54,134 nt of DNA from Candidatus Hodarchaeota archaeon (lineage in GTDB: Archaea; Asgardarchaeota; Heimdallarchaeia; Hodarchaeales; Hodarchaeaceae): assembly GCA_016839785.1 (NCBI GenBank), contig JAEOTQ010000189.1, forward strand, positions 1 to 54,134. The letters run 5' to 3'. The notes beneath the pieces are model-generated. The model did no database searches and was not told the DNA's origin. It worked only from the letters and a program-made list of their open reading frames with translations. Every line of letters begins with the position of its first letter. The first letter of the stretch is position 1. Positions 20,419 to 30,520 of the stretch are shown here, in pieces. Both the position numbers and the translations under genes were made by a program.

Positions 20419-20445
20419 GCACAAAAGGCTATATAAATTTTGTGC
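20419..20445. promoter_or_regulatory. Inverted repeat flanking a TATA-like box upstream of the DUF5320 gene
   Basis: GCACAAAA-N11-TTTTGTGC; the spacer reads TTTATATAG on the minus strand. Confidence 0.5.
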
Positions 20446-20644
20446 TAATGAACAAAAAATAGATATTAATTTTAACTTCTTGAAATCATCTATATTTGCA
20501 TTATTTATAGCTAAATCCGAAATTATGGGTGATTGATTGGGAAAAATTAATTAAGTGATTCAAAATCTAAATTGAATAGAGAATAATATTTTTTGCAATC
20601 GCTCATTTCTCTAAATAATAATCCCTGAATTAACTTATTGGAGT

Positions 20645-20974
20645 GTGATTAAAATTAGAGGTCCCCATGGAGGCAGAGGTAGAGGAGGAGGAAGAGGAAG
20701 GCAATTTAGAGGGGGAAGACCTCGAATTCAACCACATATTGATCGTGAGTGGAGTTCTACCTCAGGTGAAATTGTGTTAAAGCTTACAAATGTCGAATTA
20801 GAGGCACTTCGTTTAGTGGATAAACTTGGTTTAACCCAAGAACAAGCTGCTGCACGAATGCATATATCAAGAGGGTCATTATGGCGAATTCTTCAAGAAG
20901 CGAGGACCAATGTGATCTCTGCACTAACTGCTGGAAAATCACATATTCATGTACAAATTCGTGATGGAAGCTAA
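20645..20974 (+). CDS. DUF134 family HTH protein with an RGG-rich N-terminus
   Basis: ELEALRLVDKLGLTQEQAAARMHISRGSLWRIL; N-terminal GGRGRGGGRGR. Confidence 0.82.
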   Translation: MIKIRGPHGGRGRGGGRGRQFRGGRPRIQPHIDREWSSTSGEIVLKLTNVELEALRLVDKLGLTQEQAAARMHISRGSLWRILQEARTNVISALTAGKSHIHVQIRDGS

Positions 20975-20997
20975 TAAACACAGAATGAAGTCTTTCT

Positions 20998-21393
20998 TCA
21001 ATCCATTCCAGAAACCTTCAGGGGTTTAATACGATAAATTACCCTTATTTCTTCACTCGTTCTGTAAGGATACTTATCCATTCCAAGATATTTTTTCGCT
21101 AGTAAATCAATATGCTCATCTGCTCCTTCAGTAGTACGTTCTTCAACTTTCCCCCTAATTGCTACATAACTGTAAGGATTGTCAGGGTCCTGAATGGATA
21201 AGGCTACAACAGGTTGTGCTTTCAGGTTACGATCTTTTAAGCGATCAATTGCAGAATTGATCCTTATAAACCCATTTTCCACGTCGAACCATACAGGCGT
21301 TGTCTGAGGTGAACCATCTGCCATGATAGTCGCTAGATGTGCAAATCCCTTCTTACCCAATATATGTTCATACTTTGTCAACATTTTAATCAT
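20998..21393 (-). CDS. PPOX-class (pyridoxamine 5'-phosphate oxidase-like) putative F420-dependent oxidoreductase
   Basis: AHLATIMADGSPQTTPVW, KDRNL, DPDNPYSYVAIRG and LAKKYLG..YP motifs. Confidence 0.88.
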   Translation of the reverse strand: MIKMLTKYEHILGKKGFAHLATIMADGSPQTTPVWFDVENGFIRINSAIDRLKDRNLKAQPVVALSIQDPDNPYSYVAIRGKVEERTTEGADEHIDLLAKKYLGMDKYPYRTSEEIRVIYRIKPLKVSGMD

Positions 21394-21571
21394 CTTTAGA
21401 TCTCTAATGTTACACTGAATCAAAAATTATTTTAAATCAATCTCTCTGAAATTCTGAGTTCAAATAGTGTATATTAGCAAATACATCACAGTTTATTTGG
21501 GATTTCGCATAGGGGATCTTAAATAATTATCAATTGTTATGTTGATCTATAATCTAGTAGGTGAAAATAAA

Positions 21572-22471
21572 ATGAGCAAAACTGAAGTAAATGTCGTGCT
21601 GGGTGGAAATGGTAATATAGGGAGTTATGTAATTACGGAATTGCTTTCTAGAGGCAAAAGTGTTCGTTTGGTGTCTAGAAGTGGAAGATCTATATTCGAT
21701 AATTCTGTAGAAGTTGTAAAAGCTGATAGCTTTGACTTAGAAAGTTTGAAAAACGCGTTTAAAGGTGCAACTAAAATATATCATTGTTTAGGACTTCCTT
21801 ATCAAGATTTTCCTAAATTAGAGCAAGTAATGAAAAATGTTCTTAGTGCTGCTACTGAGGAAGGGAATCATATCAAAATTATTTATGCAGATAATTTATA
21901 TGCCTATGGGGAACGAAATATAGGGAACGGTGGATTAACTGAAAATATGAAACACTTAGCAGAGGGAAAAAAAGGAAAAATTAAGGCTACAATTGGAAAA
22001 GGATCAGATTTTTTCGGTCCTGGAGCTACAAACTCTATACTTGGAATGTATGTATTTGATGTTCTTGCCAACGGGAAGAATGTACGACTCCTAGGAAATC
22101 TCGATAAAAGACATAGTTTTATCTATCTACCAGATTTTGCAAAAGGCTTAGTCACTCTAGGAGAAAATGAGAACTCATTTGGAGAAGTCTGGCATTTACC
22201 GCACACTAGTTCCCTTCCAACGAGAAAATTCGTACAGATGATCTTGAAAGAAGCAAAAAAAGAGGATAAAAAAATATCTGCGATGCCAAAACTGATGCTT
22301 CTTATTGGAACTCTATTTAATAAAACTGCGAGGGAATTTAATGAAGTTGCTTATCAATGGGAGAAAGATTTTGTTGTTGATGATAGTAAATTTAGAGAGA
22401 CCTTCGATATTACGTATACACCGACCACAGAAGCAATTACTGAAACTGTGGGTTTTTATCTAGAATCATAG
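21572..22471 (+). CDS. NAD-dependent epimerase/dehydratase (atypical SDR), possibly with an internal deletion
   Basis: GGNGNIG Rossmann motif, DNLYAYG, SDFFGPG, HSFIYLPD. Confidence 0.85.
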   Translation: MSKTEVNVVLGGNGNIGSYVITELLSRGKSVRLVSRSGRSIFDNSVEVVKADSFDLESLKNAFKGATKIYHCLGLPYQDFPKLEQVMKNVLSAATEEGNHIKIIYADNLYAYGERNIGNGGLTENMKHLAEGKKGKIKATIGKGSDFFGPGATNSILGMYVFDVLANGKNVRLLGNLDKRHSFIYLPDFAKGLVTLGENENSFGEVWHLPHTSSLPTRKFVQMILKEAKKEDKKISAMPKLMLLIGTLFNKTAREFNEVAYQWEKDFVVDDSKFRETFDITYTPTTEAITETVGFYLES

Positions 22472-22591
22472 AATATTTCTTATCAAAACAAAATTGCTTA
22501 ATTCTCCCCTTCCTCCCTTTTTTTCTCTCGAAGTTAGTAGATGTTCTCAAAGATACCAGAAATAGGAACTGATTTTTGAACTGGGAGTTAC

Positions 22592-23221
22592 TCACTTGGA
22601 AATTTTCATAGTCATTTCAAGTCCATTAGGAAGAAAGGGTAAGGTTACACTTGACAGCTTTGGATGAGTATTAATGAACTCCATAAGTTCCTCACATATT
22701 TCTGGATCATCTTTATGGATATCTGGACAGTCAAGAACATTATCGGAAAGGATAACTCCTCCCATGCGAAGTTTCTTTAAAGAAAGTTTGATAAAATCAA
22801 TGTAATCACGTTTATCGGCATCTAAAAAAACAATATCGAGGGGATCGGTTATTTTGTTCAGAACCTCTCGTGCATCCCCTAAAATAAGCTCAACATTATC
22901 TTCCAGTCGGGTTATCTTTAAATTTTCCTCTGCCCGAACTATCTTCTCTGGTAATATATCAACTGAGATTACTTTCCCATTTTCTTCCTTGGCAGCAGAA
23001 GCAAGCCAAATTGTTGAATAACCAAATGATGTCCCTATTTCTAGAATTCTTGTTGCTTTCATTGCACGACTTAATAGATAAAGGAACTTCCCCTCTTCTC
23101 GGGTTATTGCCAATGATCGTTCTTTTTTAAGAATCTGTTCTCCTCTTAACTCTTTCTGAATTTCATATTCCCTATATTTTTCAAGTTGTGCTAATACCGT
23201 TTCTATCTTTTTTGGAAGCAT
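22592..23221 (-). CDS. O-methyltransferase (caffeoyl-CoA/COMT-like family)
   Basis: ILEIGTSFGYSTIWLA, VFLDADK..Y and DNV motifs. Confidence 0.9.
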   Translation of the reverse strand: MLPKKIETVLAQLEKYREYEIQKELRGEQILKKERSLAITREEGKFLYLLSRAMKATRILEIGTSFGYSTIWLASAAKEENGKVISVDILPEKIVRAEENLKITRLEDNVELILGDAREVLNKITDPLDIVFLDADKRDYIDFIKLSLKKLRMGGVILSDNVLDCPDIHKDDPEICEELMEFINTHPKLSSVTLPFLPNGLEMTMKISK

Positions 23222-23444
23222 AATATATCCCTCAGAGCTTTATTTCTTCAATTAAAACAAGAAAACGGAAATTTGATAGACAATTTCCATCGAAGTTCGA
23301 ATATCCTCCTGAATAAAGGGGATTATGTTGATTTCAATCTTTGAATTTTCTGGATGTCCTAGTAAAAGAGAAAGTGATAGATCTTCTTTATCCGATATTC
23401 CGAATATAGATAGTAAGAAATAGATAGATGGTAAGAATGTATTC

Positions 23445-23852
23445 TCAGGTATAGTTGAGAAATGCTTCATCAAAAAGAGGATGAAGATTTCTTAGGCTTT
23501 CGGAATCAACATTCCAATTTAGAAGAATATTATCAAAAGTAATCAATTCTTTAGCTAATTTCGAGAGAGTTTCCCGTATCTCTTCTGTGCTAGCTTGACA
23601 AATTGCGTAAAGAAGGAAGATGGTTCCGTTGTTGTTACAAGTAAATTGTTCAAGTATTATAATGAACTCTTCTATTTCAAGAACTTTTGGAACAGTTACC
23701 ACCTTTGACGGATTCAATCCCTGAATAGAGGATAAGATCTCTCCAACAAGAAGTGGATTGATTGATAAGTCATCAGGATTCATAAATTGCTTACGAATTA
23801 TCGAAAATCCCTCGGTAATAAGACCTACCTCAAAAATTGCATTAGGAAACAT
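23445..23852 (-). CDS. Putative longin-like small domain protein
   Basis: 135 aa; apparent beta-beta-alpha-beta-beta-beta-alpha-alpha pattern with INPLLVGEILSSIQ, resembling the 'L.SGFLSAI' helix of Asgard longin-like proteins. Confidence 0.5.
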   Translation of the reverse strand: MFPNAIFEVGLITEGFSIIRKQFMNPDDLSINPLLVGEILSSIQGLNPSKVVTVPKVLEIEEFIIILEQFTCNNNGTIFLLYAICQASTEEIRETLSKLAKELITFDNILLNWNVDSESLRNLHPLFDEAFLNYT

Positions 23853-23903
23853 ATTAATTGAATTCCGAATAAAAAAAAAGGAGGTAGGAAGAAATTATCC
23901 TAG

Positions 23904-25103
23904 TTATTGGTAACCTTTCCACTTTTGTTCAAGATCAGGAGATTTAATGGTCTCAATGATATACTTGGCCATTTCTTCACCAGTTACACCAGTATCTCGA
24001 CCTGTAACAACCATTTTCTTTTCATATTGGGAACAAATATCCAATGCTCTATCAAGCTTTGCAGATTCGTCTGTGTACCCAATGTGATTAAGAAGCATGG
24101 CAGCTGCCTTGATCATACTGGTAGGATCCGCATATTTTTCACGGCCCTCATCAACCATTTTTAAAGCGCTTCCGTGAACAGCTTCAAACATGGAATATCT
24201 CTTACCAATGTTAGCTGCGCCAGCAGTACCTAATCCACCTTGAATCTGAGCTGCTTCATCTGTTATAATGTCACCATATAGATTAGGTGCGGTAATAACT
24301 CGGAAAGAGCTCTGTCGAGCAGGATCGATTAATTTGGCGGTCATTATGTCAATATACCAATCATCCCATTCAACTTGTGGATATTCCTTTGCTACCTGCT
24401 CTGCCATCGCAAGAAACTTTCCATCGGTTCTTTTAACAACATTGGCTTTTGTAACAACAGTTACCTTGTTAATATTGTTCTTACTTGCATATTCAAACGC
24501 TGCACGAATAATCCGTTCAGAACCTTGATTTGTGATTACTTTGAAATCGACTGCAAGGTCATCAGAAACATCTACACCTTTACTCCCTAAAACATATGCA
24601 CCTTCAGTGTTTTCTCGGTAAAACATCCAGTCAATATTCTTTTCAGGGACGCGAACAGGGCGAACATTAGCAAATAAATCTAGTTCACGTCTCATGGAAA
24701 CATTAGCACTTTCAATATTGGGCCAGCCATATTTATTGCCCTTCCAAGGGGTTGTAGTTGGACCCTTTAATATTGTGTGACACTCTTTTAATTCAGCTAA
24801 AACATCATCAGGAATTGCTTTCATTACTTTAACTCGATTTTCTATCGTCAGTCCATCGATTCTGCGTATCTCAACTTTTCCTGATTTAATTTCAGAATCA
24901 AGTAAAAAGTTGAGGACTATGATCGCAGCTTCAGTAATAGCTGGTCCAATACCATCACCACTACAGGCTCCGATGATGATTTTATCTAGACTGGAAAAAT
25001 CTGTCCAATCGGGTTCATGTTTCATTCTTTCTACCCGTTCGAGTTGTTCTCGTACAAGGTTCGCAAAATGGTCAGTTGCTTTCTTAACTTGTTCTTCTGT
25101 CAT
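23904..25103 (-). CDS. icd: Isocitrate dehydrogenase (isocitrate/isopropylmalate dehydrogenase family)
   Basis: GDGIGP, LKGPTTTP, SANVSMRRELDLFANVRP, RENTEG.Y, KANV, NLYGDIITDEAA, FEAVHGSA. SxN plus the Arg pattern favours isocitrate. Confidence 0.85.
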   Translation of the reverse strand: MTEEQVKKATDHFANLVREQLERVERMKHEPDWTDFSSLDKIIIGACSGDGIGPAITEAAIIVLNFLLDSEIKSGKVEIRRIDGLTIENRVKVMKAIPDDVLAELKECHTILKGPTTTPWKGNKYGWPNIESANVSMRRELDLFANVRPVRVPEKNIDWMFYRENTEGAYVLGSKGVDVSDDLAVDFKVITNQGSERIIRAAFEYASKNNINKVTVVTKANVVKRTDGKFLAMAEQVAKEYPQVEWDDWYIDIMTAKLIDPARQSSFRVITAPNLYGDIITDEAAQIQGGLGTAGAANIGKRYSMFEAVHGSALKMVDEGREKYADPTSMIKAAAMLLNHIGYTDESAKLDRALDICSQYEKKMVVTGRDTGVTGEEMAKYIIETIKSPDLEQKWKGYQ

Positions 25104-25337
25104 AAGTCTCCACCATTACAAATTTTATTCGACATTAGGTTTATTGTGATTTTATTGAAAAATTTGAACGAAGGGTAAAATTCTACTCTGTAAATAGAAT
25201 TTTCTCCTGATATTCTCGTTCTACAACCGTTGTTTTTCGTTTCCAATTGGAGGAGTACAAGTTCAAATCATTTTTTCCTAATGCTAAAGAGAAAAATATG
25301 AACAGTTCCAAGGTAAATGAAAAGAGAGAAGTCTGCG

Positions 25338-25565
25338 TCAGCTACTGGACGCACGTATTGGGTTTAATCTCCCTGCTAGCATTTGTTGTCGATAATCTTT
25401 GGACACTGTGACCAGTAAACTAGCTGCTTGACGACGAATTCCATAACTCTCGTGAACTGCTAGTGACTCTAGAGTGATATATTGATCCTCGGTCATGTTC
25501 CCACCCTTTTTAACAATATTACGGATTTCCACTAATCTTTGTCTGATGTTTTTTATTTTACGCAT
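25338..25565 (-). CDS. Small hypothetical protein
   Basis: 75-aa ORF with an AGGTGA RBS upstream of the ATG; helical, with a HEAT-like GIRRQAASLL segment. Confidence 0.6.
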   Translation of the reverse strand: MRKIKNIRQRLVEIRNIVKKGGNMTEDQYITLESLAVHESYGIRRQAASLLVTVSKDYRQQMLAGRLNPIRASSS

Positions 25566-26046
25566 ACCATTTCACCTATGTATCCCTATACTAACCACTG
25601 GTTAATAAGATCCGATTATTGTCTTCCTAGAAGATATCTTTGCCCCAGAAACTACCCACTCTTTTTGTATAAGTGAAAACGAATGCCTGAATAGATCATT
25701 TTAATAATAGGAAGGAAAATATACCCACGCTGTGCTTATCAGTTGGCTGGAAGGTAATTTCTATTCTCTCCCCGATCACAAAGGACAAGCACCATTCTAT
25801 AAAAGGAAGTCTAGAGAAATTACTCTTGGTTTTTACAATAATCGATAGATTTACTTTGCTTTTTTGAAATTCTGTTTAAAGACTGTAGCTTGTACAATGC
25901 CATTCGCCTCAAATTACGGAAAAAATACACAAATCAATTAATCACAAACAGGAAACAGACCAATGAAAGCCAAATACAATCTAGCGAAAGACAAATTTAA
26001 CAACGGTCGGATCCTTTTAGCAATCTTTACATAATCGGGTATTTCA

Positions 26047-27258
26047 ATGAAGAAAGACTTTTTCACTATATTAATCATCATTTTTACTGAAGTATTAGGT
26101 TGGAGTTTAATCCTACCATTTTTACCATATTTAGCTACTGATTTAGGTGCTACACCTACCGTTGTAGGGATAATTGTAGCATCATTTGCATTATGTCAAT
26201 TTATCTCAGCACCCATTATCGGAAAACTGAGTGACAAGTATGGGCGAAAACCTCTTCTGTTAATAAGCCAATTTTCCACGTTTATTGGCTTTATTTTACT
26301 GGGTGTAGCAGACTCATTATTCCTTGTGTTATTGTCTCGCATCATCGATGGTTTATTTGGAAGTAATATGACCCTTTCTAGAGCATATTTAGGGGATATA
26401 ACTCGTGACGAGGACAAGAAGACGCAAACCAAATCATTTGGGTATATGAGTACGGCTTTCGGAATAGGTTTTTTTATTGGTCCAGCCATTGGGGGATTCC
26501 TGGCCACAATAGATTATAGTATTCCATCTTTTCTAGCTGCTGGCATTTCAGGAATCACATTGATAATGATCGTATTACTGTTGGAAGAAACAGTCATTAA
26601 CGATAAAGAGTTCAAATTAGTAATCGATGATTTCATTCCGCTAAAAGATTTATTTGAAGGATTTTCAAATCCAGAATTACAATTACTCTTATTTTACTTC
26701 CTTACATTCGTGCTTTCATTTTCTCTAATAACAGCAAATCTAGGGCTTTTCTCCGAGTATCAGTTAGGAGTAGGCCCTGATACGGTGGGTCTTTATCTTA
26801 TGTTTGTAGGGCTAATTAGAGTCGTATTTCAATTGTTAATCTTCCCTAAACTGGTAAATTTCGTGTCGAGAGAGATATTATTTATTTTAGGCCAACTGTC
26901 TATCTTTTTAGCTTACACTCAGATAATTTTTGTTATCTCTGGGATGTACATGTTTGTGATCATGGGCTTATTTTCCATTGGGGCTGGAATTGTAAGACCC
27001 ACCCTTACCAGTGAAATCAGTAGTAAAACTGATTTAAGAAATCGGGGAAAAGTGATGGGAGTTGCAGATTCCCTTCAAAGCCTCTCCCAAATTCTTACAC
27101 CTATCCTAGGTGGATGGATAATTGAAACGATATTTCCAGGATCATTGGGCATCCTGTCAGCAACACTGTTGCTTCCATCCATCGCAGTTTCACTATTCCT
27201 ATTCACAAATCGTGTGAGAGAATCGAAGAACAACTCTTCCTTTGAAGTGGGACAATAA
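26047..27258 (+). CDS. MFS transporter (TetA/DHA1-like)
   Basis: GKLSDKYGRKP motif A, GFFIGPAIGG motif C, about 12 TMs. Confidence 0.92.
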   Translation: MKKDFFTILIIIFTEVLGWSLILPFLPYLATDLGATPTVVGIIVASFALCQFISAPIIGKLSDKYGRKPLLLISQFSTFIGFILLGVADSLFLVLLSRIIDGLFGSNMTLSRAYLGDITRDEDKKTQTKSFGYMSTAFGIGFFIGPAIGGFLATIDYSIPSFLAAGISGITLIMIVLLLEETVINDKEFKLVIDDFIPLKDLFEGFSNPELQLLLFYFLTFVLSFSLITANLGLFSEYQLGVGPDTVGLYLMFVGLIRVVFQLLIFPKLVNFVSREILFILGQLSIFLAYTQIIFVISGMYMFVIMGLFSIGAGIVRPTLTSEISSKTDLRNRGKVMGVADSLQSLSQILTPILGGWIIETIFPGSLGILSATLLLPSIAVSLFLFTNRVRESKNNSSFEVGQ

Positions 27259-27292
27259 TCTGGTGAACCTATTCCAAGAGATTTTCCCAGAT

Positions 27293-28971
27293 TCAGTATT
27301 GCTTTTTCCTTTTGAAAATTGTGAATAGAACACCTGCAATGAGACTACTTAAAAGAAATCCTGGTGCTGTAGAGGTAGGTTCGATAGTAGTCGTAGTAGT
27401 AGCTGTGGAAGGTGAGGGAATTTGTGAGTAGGCCGTACATCCAGATGAATTAATTAATGGGCCTAGATAAACCACCTCTTCCATCACTAGTGGTGTACCT
27501 ATCGTAATACTCTGTATATCACTAAGTCCACGATTATTCGCTGAGTCGTTAGCAACAACATAATATTGGACTCCAGAATTATTTAGAAGAGATGGGATTG
27601 TATACTCATACTGATCCTGATTTAAACTCATTGGAGCATTTTCCCAGTCAATTCCATCTTTGGAATAGAAAATAATGACGGTTGTAGGAGATGAATCACC
27701 TACGAGATTGGTGGTGATTTCTAAGTCTCCACCTGCAACTGGGGACGCTGGAGAATGAGAAGTCGTTATTGAAAGAGAGCCTGTGATTTCATAAGGAGTA
27801 GGAAATTCAAACGTATCAAATAAGACGCCTTCATCAAATTTAAGAGAGTAATTGCCTAAAGCATAGGCATCTATCTGTATTCGATTCCAATCAACGGAAA
27901 TGATAGAATATCCATACCCATATGCTGCAAAAGAAGGTTTTCCTTGAAAAAGCACTTGTTCACCTGTTTCAGGATTGATTTGACGAGAACTTGGAATGTA
28001 CAATGTAGCACCCCCTCCAGCTACAACTACTTGGGAAATGTTTCGTTCTCCAAGAAGTATACGATCATAGAGGTGATCATGGCTAGCTAAATATGCAGTA
28101 ATTGAATTGTTTTCTAAAATTTCCCATAATTCAGTTGCTTGTTCTGGTTCACCAATCAGCTCGGCAAATCTTAAGAGTCCTCTTCCTGAATCCCAGCGGG
28201 AATTAAATGCATAATGTGAAATAACAAATTTGTACTCTGCGTTTGAGCTGGCGAGATCATTTTTTAGCCATTCTAGCTGTTCACCGACTAATTGGTAATT
28301 TGTTTCCAATGGATCGATAATAGTGAAATGAGAAAATCCATAATCAAAAGAATAATACCGTTCATTTCCCCAATGGGAAAAATATCTTCAAAGGTAACCT
28401 CTGCAATATTTTCTGGATCATCGTGGTTCCCAATGGCTGCATACATAGGAATTTCGTGCTGAGCATCATCCCTTACTGTACGGAAATTATCACATTGTTC
28501 TTCGCGTAGTTCTGGTTTAGCTCCATCTCCAGCTTCAATAAGATCCCCTGCTTCAATAATAAAATCAGGTTGATGTTTCAGCATATCAGATATAATTGTA
28601 TAATAGGTTTCAGTTACATCTGTTGTTTGATGAGTCCCACGATTATCACCATAAAATCCAAAGGAAAAAGCTTGAGGTGCACCATCCGAAGGTGCAGTCC
28701 GAAATGAGTAATTTTCAGAATCTCTGAATAAACTATAAGAATATGAAGAATTGGGTTGTAATTTATCAAAAAGTATCTCATGAATCGTGAAGTTATACGG
28801 ATACCCTGGATTCTTTGTTTTATATTATATGACCGCCGAAGTTTCGTCAACCCTATTGACATTCGGGCCCCAGATTGGACAGATGGGAGAGCTTAATTGA
28901 GCTGAAATGGGAGCTAAAATGAATGCAGATGCATACACCGTTATTAATGCAGTAATTGTACCTTTTTTCAA
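27293..28971 (-). pseudogene. Secreted surface-anchored metallophosphoesterase (purple acid phosphatase-like), interrupted
   Basis: TTG start at 28971 with a signal peptide; FN3-like domain; YGDNR, AGDLI, GNHD and SHDH motifs; PGF-type C-terminus. In-frame TAA at 28825-28827 and a frameshift in the G4 run at 28368-28371. Confidence 0.8.
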
Positions 28972-29114
28972 AAATTCATCACCATAATAGGAAAAATGAA
29001 TAGATAATTAGAAGTAAACCTCGTTTTAGAAATTCAGATTAAATACTTGACGAATTCTAGGATTTGACCAAAGAACAAAAACTGTTAAATCGTCAAAGCA
29101 AGTCTTTTGTGGCG

Positions 29115-30107
29115 ATGATTGTGGCATTTAAACTAGACAAAATACCTAAAATTAACTTATGTTTGTTACCTACTCCTATCGTTCCATTAGATCAACTATC
29201 AGATTATCTCGGAGGCCCACGAATTTATATGAAGCGAGATGATCTTACAGGAGTTGCTTTTGGAGGAAATAAAAATCGGAAGCTGGAGTATTTATTAGCC
29301 GATGCCCTTCAACTAGGCGCTGACGTAATTATTACTGAAGGTGCCGTTAACTCGAACCATTGTCTCCAAACAGCGGCTTGTGCGGCTAAACTTGGATTAG
29401 ATTGCGAATTGGTCTTATCAGGAGAAGAACCTGAGAATATAACTGGAAACTTTATGCTCTTCAAAATACTTGGAGTCCCTATTTATAGAGTGGATGATTC
29501 CTCTGAAAGAAGAAGATTGATGAAAAAAAGAGAAAAAGAGTTGATTTCTTCTGGTAAAAAGCCATATATTGTTCCTACTGGGGGATCAAATGCCATTGGT
29601 GCTTTAGGCTATGTAAATTGCGTTTTAGAGGTAGTGAATCAAGCTCAACAGATGAACATGGAATTTACTCATTTTGTACATGCCGCGGGGAGTAGTGGTA
29701 CTCAGGCGGGGATGCTGATTGGAAGAGAATTATATTCTCCAAAGTTAAGCATTGTGACCATAAGCGGGGGAATATCTGGTGAATTTTTAACCATAGAGAC
29801 TAAACAAATCATTAGGGATTTTGAGGCTCAGTTTAATGTAGGATTAGACCTAGATCAAATTTCAGTAGAAGTAGAAACTCGCTATGCAGGTCCTGGATAT
29901 GAAATACCTAGTAAAGAAATGGTGGAAACTGTGAAACTGGTTGCACAATTAGAAGGGGTTTTTCTTGATCCAGTCTATAATGGGAAGGCAATGGTAGGGC
30001 TCATTGATATGATTAGATCAGAGAAAATATCAAAAAAGAATTCAGTCCTATTTCTACATTCAGGTGGAGGTCCATCAATTTTTAATTATAGCCATATATT
30101 TAGTTAA
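29115..30107 (+). CDS. D-cysteine desulfhydrase / ACC deaminase family PLP enzyme
   Basis: PTPI, KRDDLTG.AFGGNK.RKLEY, SNH, GSSGTQAG and LDPVY.GK motifs. Confidence 0.9.
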   Translation: MIVAFKLDKIPKINLCLLPTPIVPLDQLSDYLGGPRIYMKRDDLTGVAFGGNKNRKLEYLLADALQLGADVIITEGAVNSNHCLQTAACAAKLGLDCELVLSGEEPENITGNFMLFKILGVPIYRVDDSSERRRLMKKREKELISSGKKPYIVPTGGSNAIGALGYVNCVLEVVNQAQQMNMEFTHFVHAAGSSGTQAGMLIGRELYSPKLSIVTISGGISGEFLTIETKQIIRDFEAQFNVGLDLDQISVEVETRYAGPGYEIPSKEMVETVKLVAQLEGVFLDPVYNGKAMVGLIDMIRSEKISKKNSVLFLHSGGGPSIFNYSHIFS

Positions 30108-30149
30108 AATTCGACGATTGATGAAGAAACCCAAAGAAGGTGAGTAGGT

Positions 30150-30488
30150 ATGATAGTAGAAAAGTCAGAATGGAAAGTTCCGTTAGAAAGCAGCAAGGAA
30201 CATAAGAAATTATGGGATGGAATGATTGCGAAACAGAAAAGTGAACGCCATCGTTGGTTCTACACAGTATCAAGATTCTACTCTTACATAGAGGATGATA
30301 TTGAATACTGGATGTATTTTGATGAATATGACTCAGAAGATAGCTATAAGAAATGGCATGCTGAATTTGAAGAGATGTCAAAGGCAGAAGAGTTTCAACA
30401 ATTCATCAAAGAATGGACAGCACTTACGATAAAGGATTCAATGATCACCACGACATGGACTGAACATGAAGACCTACGAGTGGAATAG
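30150..30488 (+). CDS. Small hypothetical protein, possibly a dimeric alpha+beta barrel (NIPSNAP-like)
   Basis: RBS AGGTGA; W/Y-rich pattern YWMYFDEYDSEDSYKKW. Confidence 0.55.
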   Translation: MIVEKSEWKVPLESSKEHKKLWDGMIAKQKSERHRWFYTVSRFYSYIEDDIEYWMYFDEYDSEDSYKKWHAEFEEMSKAEEFQQFIKEWTALTIKDSMITTTWTEHEDLRVE

Positions 30489-30520
30489 ATTAAAAAAAAG
30501 AGAAGTGGGAAGAAGAAATT

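Noticed and set aside
25250-25280. GTTCAAATC resembling a tRNA T-loop
   Set aside because: No flanking T-stem, acceptor stem or cloverleaf; AT-rich context.
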